NCBI RefSeq assembly: GCF_006345805.1
Contig: NC_042999.1
Location: 33,666,001-33,730,000 of the forward strand
Reading direction: 5' to 3'
DNA: 64,000 bases
Source: Octopus sinensis
Lineage: Eukaryota
How positions within the stretch are numbered: position 1 is the first letter of the stretch; every line of letters starts with the position of its first letter. The translations under genes and the position numbers were made by a program. Of the stretch, positions 23,356 through 35,318 are shown piece by piece. Below the pieces are notes generated by a model. It made no database searches, was not told the origin of the DNA, and was given only the letters and a program-made list of their open reading frames with translations.

Positions 23356-23899
23356 ATATATATACACTTTCAAATAGAAATTTTGAATAAATTTCTCAGC
23401 TTAAATTTGTTTCCTTTCTTTTTTTATTTTCTGTTTTAAGTAACGAATATACTTGCAATGTAAAGATGAAAAAGCTTTGTCCATTTTAACGAGGATGGTT
23501 TTAATATTGTATTTCGCAAGAAGTGATTGTTTCCTACAGGAATCTTGTGTATGACACCCGTTTAAATCAAATATCTTGTATTGTCACGGTAAATCAAATT
23601 CTTGGTCACATGTTACAAAATAGCTAGAGGTTGTCCATGAATAATGGTGTCAGAAAAGCGAAGTAAACACAAAGGCCTCCTATTGTTAACGTACAATGCG
23701 TATTCAAAGTTATATTATATCTTTACAAATTTAGAATCGATAAATCATTCAGCTCAGTTTCGCTGTTCTAAGTGTATATATATATATATATAGAAATTCG
23801 GAGTGAGTACTTGATAATTATAAGCACCTGTGTATACCGTTTGGTGGTGTAGGTGGTGGAGTAAATTGATCAAAATAAAAACATGATGCCAAGGATTCA

Positions 23900-23977
23900 G
23901 CGGTACATATGTTTCGGGCCTTTATTAGACAGATTTATAACAATGCATAATGTATGTCTGTGGCCTTCTTCAGCCGC
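23900..23977 (-). ncRNA. Type I hammerhead ribozyme (mirror copy)
   Basis: Exact reverse complement of 24176-24253. Confidence 0.88.
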
Positions 23978-24175
23978 GCACAACAGCTTCCACAAGGACA
24001 TGTGTTACATCAAAAATTCTTGGTTGGGGATGCAAATCCTCTCATTCGAGAGAAGAAAGAGATGGACGCTTCAATTCTATGCTGTTGCCGCATTATGTCG
24101 TACGCGAATGAGAGGATTTGCATCCCCAACCAAGAATTTTTGATGTAACACATGTCCTTGTGGAAGCTGTTGTGC

Positions 24176-24253
24176 GCGGCTGAAGAAGGCCACAGACATA
24201 CATTATGCATTGTTATAAATCTGTCTAATAAAGGCCCGAAACATATGTACCGC
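24176..24253 (+). ncRNA. Type I hammerhead ribozyme
   Basis: GCGG-CUGAAGA-AGGCC...GGCCC-GAAA-CAUAUG-UA/CCGC. Stem III is the palindrome ACAUAUGU. GUA cleavage after 24249. Confidence 0.88.
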
Positions 24254-24318
24254 TGAATCCTTGGCATCATGTTTTTATTTTGATCTATATATATATATAT
24301 AATATATATATATATATA

Positions 24319-24362
<44 letters not shown>

Positions 24363-24479
24363 CAGATTCATAGACAGACACACAGACAGAGAGAATACAT
24401 ATAGATATCTAAATGATTTTATGCGTTTGTATGTATATACGTGTATGCATATGGGAGAATGAATTTTGAAGCAGAGGAT

Positions 24480-26050
24480 TCCCACCTTTCAACACGTATC
24501 TCTCTGAGTTTGGGAAAGATATATGGAACATAGTTAGGAACATTAAATTCCCGCACGACCCCGCCCGCTTAAACGGAATCCACACGTAAGGATATTACAC
24601 AAAATATGCAAAGAATTGGCTATGACGAAAGAAATATTTATATCCTTCGGTCGTTCAATTTTCAACTGACCAGCAGACCAATTGTGTAAATTTATCACCA
24701 TGTGTAAACCTATCATCCAGGAAGGCAGCTGATTGTCTTCTTCCTTTTCCAATGTGAACTGTGTGGATGGCTTTATTGAGTTCACATGATCTAACAACAC
24801 TTGTACATCTTTCTGGTGGGGCCAAAGTATAAAGATGTCATCAACATATCGCAGCCATAGGGTTGGTTTAGTAGTGTTGATCCTAAAGTCAAATTCTCAA
24901 AGTATTCCATGTATATATTGGCGAATATCGGTCATAATAGCGAACACATACCTAACACTCTTTTTGTCGATATATATCACTGTCCATACTGAAGTAGATA
25001 GTTTCTACCCAGATGGTCAACGTTTCCATCAAGTTCCTTATTGGTACACTAGTGCGTTCTTTTAGATGGGTTTCTGTCACTACTTTCTCATAAATCACCG
25101 ATAGTGCTTCACCAATTGGGACGTTGGTGAACATACTTATCACACCTAGACTTACAATCTAGTTGGATTCAATTCTGTGACGTGAGTAGAATTCTTCACG
25201 AACGATGTTGACTTTTCTGTTAATGGACTGATTATATCTACAAGGAAGCGGCTCAGTGGATGACATGGTGAACCTCTACGGCTCACTATAGGTCTTAATG
25301 GAATACCATCCTAGTGAATCTTAGAGAGAACCTACATGTGTGGTAGTTTAGTGTAGAGTTGAGTCGGTTGTCTGTACTTCATTGGTGTAAAGTATACTTG
25401 TTCTTAGTCAAGATCTGTGACAACTTTCTCTTTGTTTTCAGAGTTGGGTCTTCCTTTACTTTACTGTAGCTACCATCACTTGTAAGTCTTGCCAATTTTT
25501 CCGAGTAGTCAGCCTTGTTTATCACCACTGTAGCATTTCACTTGTCTGCTGGAAGTATTATGATGGAATTGTCACTATGTAGTCTTTTGATAGGGAACTT
25601 TTCTTCCTTAGTGGTTTAGGAAGTTTCGCTTTTCCTAGTACCTGTCTCACTTTCCACTTTAGTTCATCTCCCTGAGGTTTTGGTATCTTTACGGTTATCT
25701 CTTCAATAGGGGCTATTATATCCAAATATAGAATGGGCTTGATGGTTGTCGCAATGTTGAGACCTGTGTTTAGTAGTGCTTTTTCAGATCTTTCTAGATG
25801 TCGGCTACTTTAATTAATGCTTTCACGGGTGGGTGACGGATTTCAGTCTTCATTCTCTGACGTTTGAGTTTCATAAACTTCATAACCTGGCTAGTCTTCA
25901 CCATTTCAAATTCTTCCAGGTACAACTTTTCTTTATCTTGTTGGATTCTCTTTCCTTCATCATCACTGTTTATTTTCCTAAGTAATGAAGACAACCTCTC
26001 TTTGATTTGTTTTTTTTAGTTGCTGTTTTTTCCAACGGTTGTAATGGATC
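24480..26050 (-). pseudogene. Degraded Penelope-like reverse transcriptase
   Basis: IILPADK*NATVV (PADKG), SMFTNVPIGEAL, PIFANIYMEYFE, and HVNSIKPSTQFTLEKEEDNQLP. Many stops. Confidence 0.8.
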
Positions 26051-26326
26051 TTCTCACGGACGAGGGTGTATCCTGCCCTTTCCGCCACTCTTCTAGCTTT
26101 ATATGAATCCGCTGATATCATTATATTCAAGCCAGGTGACTTTAGCTTTGAGTCTACTTTTACACATAAAAGTTAGATGGTTTGAAAGACGAGCTAGTTT
26201 TTGATGGAGTTTATCTCTATATCTCCATTGAAGTCTAATTAGATAATACACTTCTATTTTTAAGAGATGAAAAATTACGTACTTTATTTACATTTGATGG
26301 ATATTTTTGTTGTTCATGTTTGTTGT

Positions 26327-26368
26327 TAACACAACGTTTCGGCTGATATACCCTCCATCAGGTGTCTT
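26327..26368 (-). ncRNA. Hammerhead remnant with internal deletion
   Basis: GACAC-CUGAUG-(gap)-GAGGGUAUAUCAGCC-GAAA-CG-UU/GUGUU. Stems I and III are intact, while A9 and the 5' strand of stem II are missing. Lies upstream of the 24.5-26 kb PLE ORF. Confidence 0.55.
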
Positions 26369-26424
26369 GGGGAAATTACGAAACTGGGTTCTCATTCCTA
26401 ATGTATTTGTCGATGTTGTTATAA

Positions 26425-26950
26425 TTATTGAGCGAGAGAGTAGTGCATGCCATCAAAGTGACATTGGGGTAAAATATACGAAGCCCAGTATACCCATCAT
26501 GACTACCTGTCTTATAAGGGTAAACTAGGCACAAGCATCACAACCATATGTGCGCGACATGGTGATCTCATATCAAAATAAACAGCATATGACATGCAGG
26601 TCGGGCCAAGTTAGAATTTTCTTCTGGTCGAGTAACCCATCCCGTTCAAAAGGTCCCTGAATAAGGGTTGTTTAAGGTTGTTGAACGAAACACCCATGTT
26701 TCCAGAGGTGAATAATTCAAACCCCAAAGAATCCCTCTCAACACATGGCTATGATGCTCTCCCACTACTTATGCTCGTGATTAGAGATGCACATATCGTT
26801 AGCCACTAAGGGACATGCTCAACTGGTTACGGTCAAACAACTGACAAGCAAATCTGTGGTATTGAGCAGAAAATTTTCTGTAGCCCATCTTTTATACCAA
26901 GACAACACAATGTACATGATAACACTTCCAATCAGTTAAGATCACAAGAC
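26425..26950 (-). mobile_element. Interspersed repeat (SINE/LINE 3'-end-like, with (AAT)-type tail)
   Basis: A second copy lies at 35085-35318 plus 38035-38090. No coding signal seen. Confidence 0.7.
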
Positions 26951-27669
26951 ACGTGCATCAGGGCAACGGTATTGCATCAGGGCATGGTACTGCATCAGGG
27001 CATATTATTATTATTGTTGTTGTTGTTGTTGTTGTTGTTATTATCATTCAGGTCGCTGCCTGGAATCGAACTCGGAATCTTGAGCATATAGTGTAGTGGT
27101 TAATAGCGCGGCTTACTAACCAGTGACTTGAATAATAATTGTCCCCAATATCAACCTAATGTCACATCTCTATAGATAATCATTGTGGTTTGGGGAAAAA
27201 TCTCATTTTAATTATTTACCACTATATATTTATTTATTCATACGCCTTAATAACTTATCCCATTACATCATTTTTCACTCTATCTCATTAGCTGCTTCTA
27301 TGTGTAATATATATTGAACTGAAGATTGTTCCTCTTCCCACGACTGTAGATTTAAAATTCTCGTAAAGTTACGTAGTTTTCTATCTATGTTTTCAATTCG
27401 TTATCTACAGAAAAATGCTACTGGCAATATTAAATTTATTACCCCAAAAGATATATATTTAACTTCTGAATACTTTGTTAATTTTTATGTACATATAGAT
27501 ACTTCATATCTGTCTGTAAATGCGACTTATGTAAACCATTGTAAAATTTAACACTTCGCTTTTATGCATAATATATAATACAAATTTATACTAGTTCATA
27601 CTTCTTTCTGTTAAGCAACTCTATTTCCTTTCTCTTGTATGTTTCATTTCCTTATGTATACGAATAGAA

Positions 27670-27726
27670 GAGAATATGATCAAAAACTGCGTGTACTCCA
27701 TCCCATGCAGCTGTGGTAAGTCATAC
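27670..27726 (+). pseudogene. Short PLE GIY-YIG fragment
   Basis: ENMIKNCVYSIPCSCGKSY matches the 'VY.IPC.CG..YIG' motif. Confidence 0.6.
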
Positions 27727-28154
27727 AATGTAACTAAATGTATTAGAATTATATTCTAATACATTTAGCTACTTCTCATCCAATGCTAATTTATATTATA
27801 TCCATTCTCCTCTCTTTGGAACCTGTCTAGTTACTCAAGTAAAAACCCAACCAATATAATATTATAAATAGTATATTGTCCGATGTATATGGTTCAAACC
27901 CGAAAAAAAGCTTACAAACATAAATGCGCTAATGAACAGTATCTATTACATTCCGGTTACTAAAATTTTCGTGTTGGCTTTTCAACGTCTTCATATATTC
28001 GATCTCATTCATATAAATCTGTTTGAATTTGTAATATATATTGAACTGAAGACTTTTCCTCTCCCCACCACTATAGATTTAAAACACATGTTTCATAATT
28101 TTGTATTATGGCAAAATTATTAGTACCCAGAGCGAAGAGTTTTCATATGCACAG

Positions 28155-28233
<79 letters not shown>

Positions 28234-28375
28234 TGCATTTTGAAGACTCTAATCCAATGATATATTTGTGTGAATGTATCTGGTTATATATGCGTGTATG
28301 TGTGTGAGAATGTATATATATAATATATATATATATATATATCAATATATATATATATATATATGTGTGTGTTTG

Positions 28376-28420
<45 letters not shown>

Positions 28421-28737
28421 CAAGAAATAATGTTTACTCTTTTACGGACACAAAGTGGTTTATAGGACTGCAAGTAAGAAGCACTCAAAAGAACTGAGAC
28501 ATAAGAAAAATATTGCTTGTAACATATTAATTAAAAAGAAAAACTTTTCTTTTAGTCGAGAAATTTGTGGCGAAAGTGTACCACAAATTTCTCTCAATCT
28601 TTCTTCTGTTGGCCTGCTCCTTAGCCAGCCATGTGGCATCATTTGAAGGCTAAAATGTTGCGTAGCGCATTGTGACCAGCGATGTGTAGCAACATATGAT
28701 AGCCTGGTCGGTCACGGTGATATATATATATGTATAT

Positions 28738-28815
<78 letters not shown>

Positions 28816-29001
28816 CATGTGTGTGAGTTTGCATAGATCAAAGCAGAAAAGGCAAACAGTGCATTTAATTTATCTACATTATAAAACGTTTATATAAATA
28901 TTTCTAAAATGTACCAGTTATTGGAACGTCATGTCGAGGGATGATCCTATAGGCTGAGTCTACCGTCATCGGAGAAACAAGTCAAACAATCCATATTCAC
29001 A

Positions 29002-29073
29002 AAATTGACGAATGTTGCCGATGTGCGTGTGTGCGATCCCCCACACACGCACATCGGAAACATTCGTCAATTT
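29002..29073. repeat. 72 nt hairpin: 32 bp stem with one mismatch, 8 nt loop
   Basis: aaattgacgaatgttgccgatgtgcgtgtgtg-cgatcccc-cacacacgcacatcggaaacattcgtcaattt. Confidence 0.9.
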
Positions 29074-29218
29074 CTTGACAATCGAATCCTAAACTCGAAA
29101 TATTGAATATAAAGTAAGTGTACATTAAATCACATATTTGTTTTGTTGTGATTTACCTTGCATTTACTTCGTATTGACTTGGCGTTACCCACGACCCTTT
29201 ATAATATACATATATATT

Positions 29219-29304
<86 letters not shown>

Positions 29305-29473
29305 ATTACATGTTTATAAATTATTACGTGTGCATAAAAGGTAGTTCAGAAAAGCCATTTCTATTCATTTTTTGAAATATTTAATAAACTATCAAGTATA
29401 ATTTGTTACTTATTTTAACAATATATATGTGTGAATGTATGTATATGTTTGCATACGTGTGTATGTGTGTGAC

Positions 29474-29523
<50 letters not shown>

Positions 29524-29559
29524 GTGTATGTGTATGTGTGTGTGCACAATATCCTTCTC

Positions 29560-29705
29560 TCTGTCTCCTTCAACAATATACGCTCACAATTCTTAGGTCG
29601 GCCAGAGGTTTTAGTAGAAAACACTTCCCCAAGGTGCCACGTAGTTCGCCTTAATCCGGAACCATGTGGTTGGGAAAACAGTTTCTTACCACACAGCCAC
29701 GCTTT
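29560..29705 (-). mobile_element. SINE family C head fragment
   Basis: acacttccccaaggtgccacgtagt...ggaaccatgtggttgggaaaacagtttcttaccacacagccac. Confidence 0.75.
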
Positions 29706-32700
29706 TGCAACATTTCATTAGATAGATCTTCTTCTCCTTGGAGGAAATCTGTAGCGGTGAATTGATTGATGGAACCAAATTTGACTATTATTCACTGCTT
29801 CCACGTTACTAAACATGTTCTCTTCGACAGTGTAACAGAGTCTTGATCAATTCCTCAATGGTATTTCTTTACATCTTTGAATAGGTAAAGCAGATATATC
29901 CACTGAAAATTTTATTACTAAGGCTGTGAACAGATATGTTCTTATGCTGCAAAAAGCGAGGCTACCCCCAATGATATATTTTACAAAATAATTTCTTTTC
30001 ATCTTTTATTAATATTTTCCAATATTTCGTCAAATACATTTTAACAGAGCTGGGAGCAATTACATACAGTCGCAACCTACCATGTTATGCGATATTGTGC
30101 AATGTGACAGCTACATTCTGAAATGCATGTTTTGTATGACATATAAGTTTTGGAATCTTCAAGATCCTATCATTCATTCATATTTTACAACGTGTGTTTC
30201 TTTAAACTCTTATTTGCGAAATGAAAGACGTCAGTATTATTATCATTTTAGTGCTTATGCTATGTATTATTACTATTAGTTTATTGTGATGTGAATGTAT
30301 TTTGGGTTTATATTTTAAGATTTTTTTTTATATGTACAACTATTCTAACTTAAATAACCGTTATAAAGTCTTATAGCAAAAAGACTTAGACTTTTGTAAT
30401 TGCAGTGCTTGGAGAAGATGAGTGCCTGTAATATTTTGGAGATGATATCAACAGTGCCACATTGTCTCGATATTAATTATGTCAGATAAAATAAATCAAT
30501 ATTTTAGTACATTGAAATTCTCAAACAAGTTTTCATAACTGAGCATATGAACACAAGATTATAGTATTGCAAAGAAATGTAATGCTTGATGCGTATCAAT
30601 AATTGCTGTAGTCTTGGGAATTATGCTTTCATTAGTGAAAAGTCAATTCAATTATTTCGGAAACGGAAGGAAGTTAAATAAGTTGCTGTAGTGCACTAAC
30701 TACTATAGAGTGTAAACAACATCAGAGAGACATATGAAGAGATTCCCATGTCATGCATAGTAATTAAAAGCAATCCCAAGGGATTCATTTATAAGCGGAA
30801 GTTTGGAAGTACATTATAAATGAACTTTTCACATTTAGATTGTGAACTCTGCTATAAACATAGCTCTATAATACAACTGAAGCCTTTTCCTTTAAAGTAT
30901 TTGAGTGGAAAATACAATCCGATTAATAGAATGCTAAATGCGATTTAGGTTTCGTGCAGAAATAATATAACAGATGTAATTCTTGTAAATAGCTACAAAC
31001 AATTATTTAATTATTTAAACTCTGGCACGATTTGCCTACCATTTGTCTGTAGAAAAGTTTTCTTTTCCGTTTATTAACCTTCATTCACTTGGTAGTACGG
31101 TTATTTAATTTATTTCAACACTGCGTATCATTTTGTTTCGTTAAACATTTTGTTGCTTTATTCGTTGAACTGCAGCCATTCAGGGGCTCCGTCGTAAATG
31201 GTGTAGTAAGATTGACACTACAACTATAAATTAAGTTCGCTAGTTGATCACTTTTCGTAGAGCTTCTAAGTTATGAGGATGTAAACAAATATACATCCAT
31301 TATCAAGCAATGCATAAACAACTGTTGCATGCACCTACATTGTGAATTTATTCATGATATTAATAAGAATGCAATATATTTCTCCGCCAAAATGTATTAA
31401 ACATCTCATATAACCTATGTAGTCCAATGACCGATTTAGAGGAAACCTTGTATATTTATCTCAGCAGGTAAACGTGACTACACACAGGAAAGCACGCACA
31501 TACGCACCCACACACATTCATACACTCACGAACACAAGCGTACACACACAAAATCTCATTCAAACACATAAACACACAGACAAATATAAATATAAATCAC
31601 AGATCTAAAATATTATACGTTATATGGCTTTCCACTTTAGAAACATCCAGCACTTTGAAAGGAAGAATAGGTCAATAATATTGAGTCTAGTACTTGAATA
31701 GTATTTGTTATTGAATCAGTGAAGAAAGACGAAAGACAAAGCTGACCTGAGGGTAATTTGAAGTCAGAAGCTACGTAAGCGGAGACAAACACATTTTCCA
31801 CTAGTCTAACAATTTTGCTATTCCACCGCCCTTAAAAATATGCTGTATATAAAATGGAGTGTTTAGCGTTTATGCATTGGAGAGGTATGAGAAATTTTTA
31901 TGAAGCCAAACGTAAGATATTTTCGAAACAACTTGCTAGTGTTTGCAATAGTTTTATATGAACAATCATGCGTAATTCATTTCGACAGGTATTTTATATG
32001 TATAAAAGGGAAGAAAAGAGATTATATGCACTCACATTCAAGCAACTTTTGAAACAGAACACTTTTGAAACAGTACACTTTTGCTTCCGCAAAAAGGTTT
32101 TTATGTAATGGGCAATTCAGAATATATACAGATTTTTTTTTTTTGATATGAGAAGATTTTTTAAACATGTAATTTATTGTTTGGCCCTTTTGAAATGCAT
32201 AAAACAAAATATATAATTTTTTGTCATCCTGATGGATTGATAGTCAGATTCCAGATCCATTCACATTCAATTTATTACAATGAAACAAATTTTTTATTCG
32301 AATTGTTTAAAACATGCTACGAAGAAAAGAAAATAAGCAGAAAATGTTTGTGACATTATGTTGAAAGTAAAGAAATACAATAAATATGCAAATTGTGAAT
32401 GATTTCACAAACACATACAATTTAAATGCATGTATTCAGTGTTATGGAAGTAAAAGCTTTTCAGACCAACTTCGCTTAGTGGGATATTTTTACATATCGG
32501 TAGTGTTCGTTCAATAAATATGTGTATGTATTTGTGCATCAGCACCACGCGTACACGCACACACACACACACAGACGCACATACATCAAACACAGATAAA
32601 GAGAGAATTATTATATTGTAGTTGACACGTTGGTTTTAGTACTAGAAAAATAAATCGTCCATTTTAGAATAAGAGATTTGTTGAGTAAACTGAACAGTGC

Positions 32701-33184
32701 AGCGATTAGAAAGGAGCAATGTCACATTCATTTGTAAAATATACGAACAAATAAAATTTTGGAGGTGAAACCCTTTATTAAATGCTCATCGAAAGTATGT
32801 CAATGGTTTAGGGCCCCGTTTTCTTCCCTCGAGAGCATCCATATACATAGACCATTCGTTCATACACGGACCAATCTTTCAAGTTTTGTTATTTAATGGT
32901 TATATCACAGTTGCGATAAAGACATAACTTATTGTCTTGATGTTCAGAAATGCTGAAGAGTTTCCAGTAACAAGACTCCGCACACTTTTCATCTTCTAAT
33001 CAGAAAATTAAATGACCAGCTAAGCTATCGTAGAGAAAACTCGGTTTAATCAATGATTGTATTTCGCAAATATTAATGTCATCAACCAATCAATCAGAAG
33101 GAAACATATTGTCGGACTCCAGATACAACTGAAGACGATAAAGAGAAGCGTCCCTCACCCAAGGTATACAGGCATGGAGATATG

Positions 33185-33218
<34 letters not shown>

Positions 33219-33231
33219 ATATATATATAGA

Positions 33232-33274
<43 letters not shown>

Positions 33275-33371
33275 GTAAATATATATATGTACATACATAT
33301 ATACGAATGTATATATATAAGCATGCGTGAGCGTGTGTATGTGTATAAATAAGGGTTTATTTATATATACA

Positions 33372-33432
<61 letters not shown>

Positions 33433-33489
33433 TATACATATGCGCATGTAGGCACACACACGCACATACACACAAACCCACAGATATAT

Positions 33490-33540
<51 letters not shown>

Positions 33541-33908
33541 TGTGTGTGTGTGTATGTGTGGTTAAGACGGCAAGTAAATTCACTCAGAAAATGATTGCTC
33601 ATTTGCCTTGGGCTGTATTATTATATACTTCCCCAATATACCCCAAAGCATAACAGTTCTGAAGTTCGTTGTATCTCGGTTGTGATATAATGAACCTCTA
33701 CAGATTTACCATGCTATTAATATGCATCAAGCATATTCAGACTGATGATAGCATTGCAATTTTACTTGCCACTGCTTTGCGTTCAAACTCCACAGTTTAC
33801 TTACGGTGATCCGCCGCCGTATAGCGCTGCCAGTCATAGCACGCTCATTGAAAAAAGTATTAGAAATGTAATCTCTGAACTCAACTCTTAGTGTCGTCTG
33901 TTTAGTGT

Positions 33909-33956
33909 CTGTGACCGATGAGGAGTTAATTACTCCGAAATGCTAGTATCTCACAG
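33909..33956 (+). ncRNA. Minimal type I hammerhead with U4->C core substitution
   Basis: CUGUGA-CCGAUGA-GGAG-UUAAUUA-CUCC-GAAA-UGCUAGU-AUC/UCACAG. Stem I is 6 bp perfect, stem II 4 bp perfect, stem III near-palindromic (AUGCUAGUAU). AUC site after 33950. Confidence 0.7.
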
Positions 33957-35084
33957 CCTAGGTAGATGACACTGCGAGCTGATCTATATGTATACACGCC
34001 ATTTGTCAACAAGCAAATATATTCTCCCTGACAAAACGAAGTGAGTAGCTTGTTCCCCAGTTCGAACATGCATCGGACTGATAATAACATTGCAATTTTA
34101 CCATACTACATTTACCATTCAACAACTCAATATGTAATCTGGCCCCTATCAAGCTTAGAGTATGATTTCAATCTCTCATTGGTTTTGCAATTTAAATTAT
34201 AATGTTTCATTTCTGAAGAGCTTGCAGCCTTTCTCATTAAGATGAAATGATTACTTATTCAACGTGTTTATATCACACTATTTGTACATTAGTCGATTGC
34301 TAATTGACTTCCTACAACGTGTTTCCAAACTCATATCCCATATGTTAATCCTTTAATGCATATATGCCTCTTATATATTTCGGCATTTAGATGATTGTCA
34401 TCTATGAATAGCAAGTATTTCTAGATCCTCTTAATACTTTCGCTACGTCACTTTATGGAATTAAGATACAATTAAGGGACAAATACCTGCCTGACCCCTT
34501 TTTCTATATAGAAGTTTTGATCATTCCGAGATTTAAGAATGAATTTCAACTTATAAACTACTTACTATAAATCTCGTTCTTTATCGCATACACTATGATC
34601 AGCTGAAATAAATTATCAATTACTTAGTTATGATTTAAGCTCATTATAATGCATGTATTACGGTAACTTATTTTAAGTGATTGCTTTTTTAACTGGGTTA
34701 TCATTTATAACTTATAACTTTGAAATAAATGCTACCTAGGTAGTTTTGTATGTGTTTTTATATATCTGCAAGATCACATTCTTTATCGAATATACAACGT
34801 AATATTCACATGAAACATAAATATTGCAATCCAATATACATTCCCATACAATATAAATATTGTAATATTCTCCTATGCTATTTCAGCAGATAACGTTTGA
34901 CCTTCAGTATTTTCTCTGAGATATATTACCTGCTGGTTATTATAGCCATCAGCACAGAAAACAATATTTAATTACATCTTGCTTTAGATAGGTGTTATGT
35001 TTTATTTGTATCAGCCATTAGACTGCAGATATGCTGGCATACCGCGTTGAAGAATTTTAATTCAACATATCGACACCAGTACAT

Positions 35085-35318
35085 ATTATTGAGTGAGAAA
35101 GCAGTGCATGCCATCAAAGTGAAACTGGGGTAAAATATACGAAGCCCAGTATACCCATTCTTTTCAACACACGGATATGATGCTCCCCCACTACTTATGC
35201 TCATGATCAGACATGCACATATCGTCAGCCACTAAGGGGCATGTTCAACTGGCTAAGGTCAAACAACAGACAAACAAATCTATGGTATTGAGCAGAATAT
35301 TTGCTGTAGCCATTCTTT
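35085..35318 (-). mobile_element. Left half of the 26.4-26.9 kb repeat, split by the CR1 insertion
   Basis: gtgcatgccatcaaagtga...cccagtatacccat...ttgagcagaatatttgctgtagcc is collinear with 26440-26890 (with an internal deletion). It resumes at 38035. Confidence 0.8.

Larger units (their letters stand above)
23868..24285. repeat. Perfect 181 bp inverted repeat with 56 bp spacer (inverted PLE pLTR-like)
   Basis: 23868-24048 is the reverse complement of 24105-24285. I saw no mismatches on reading. Confidence 0.95.

Noticed and set aside
32740-33010. Short open frames in unique sequence (also 44036-44251 and 45077-45313)
   Set aside because: No motif recognised, and the lengths are within chance expectation.
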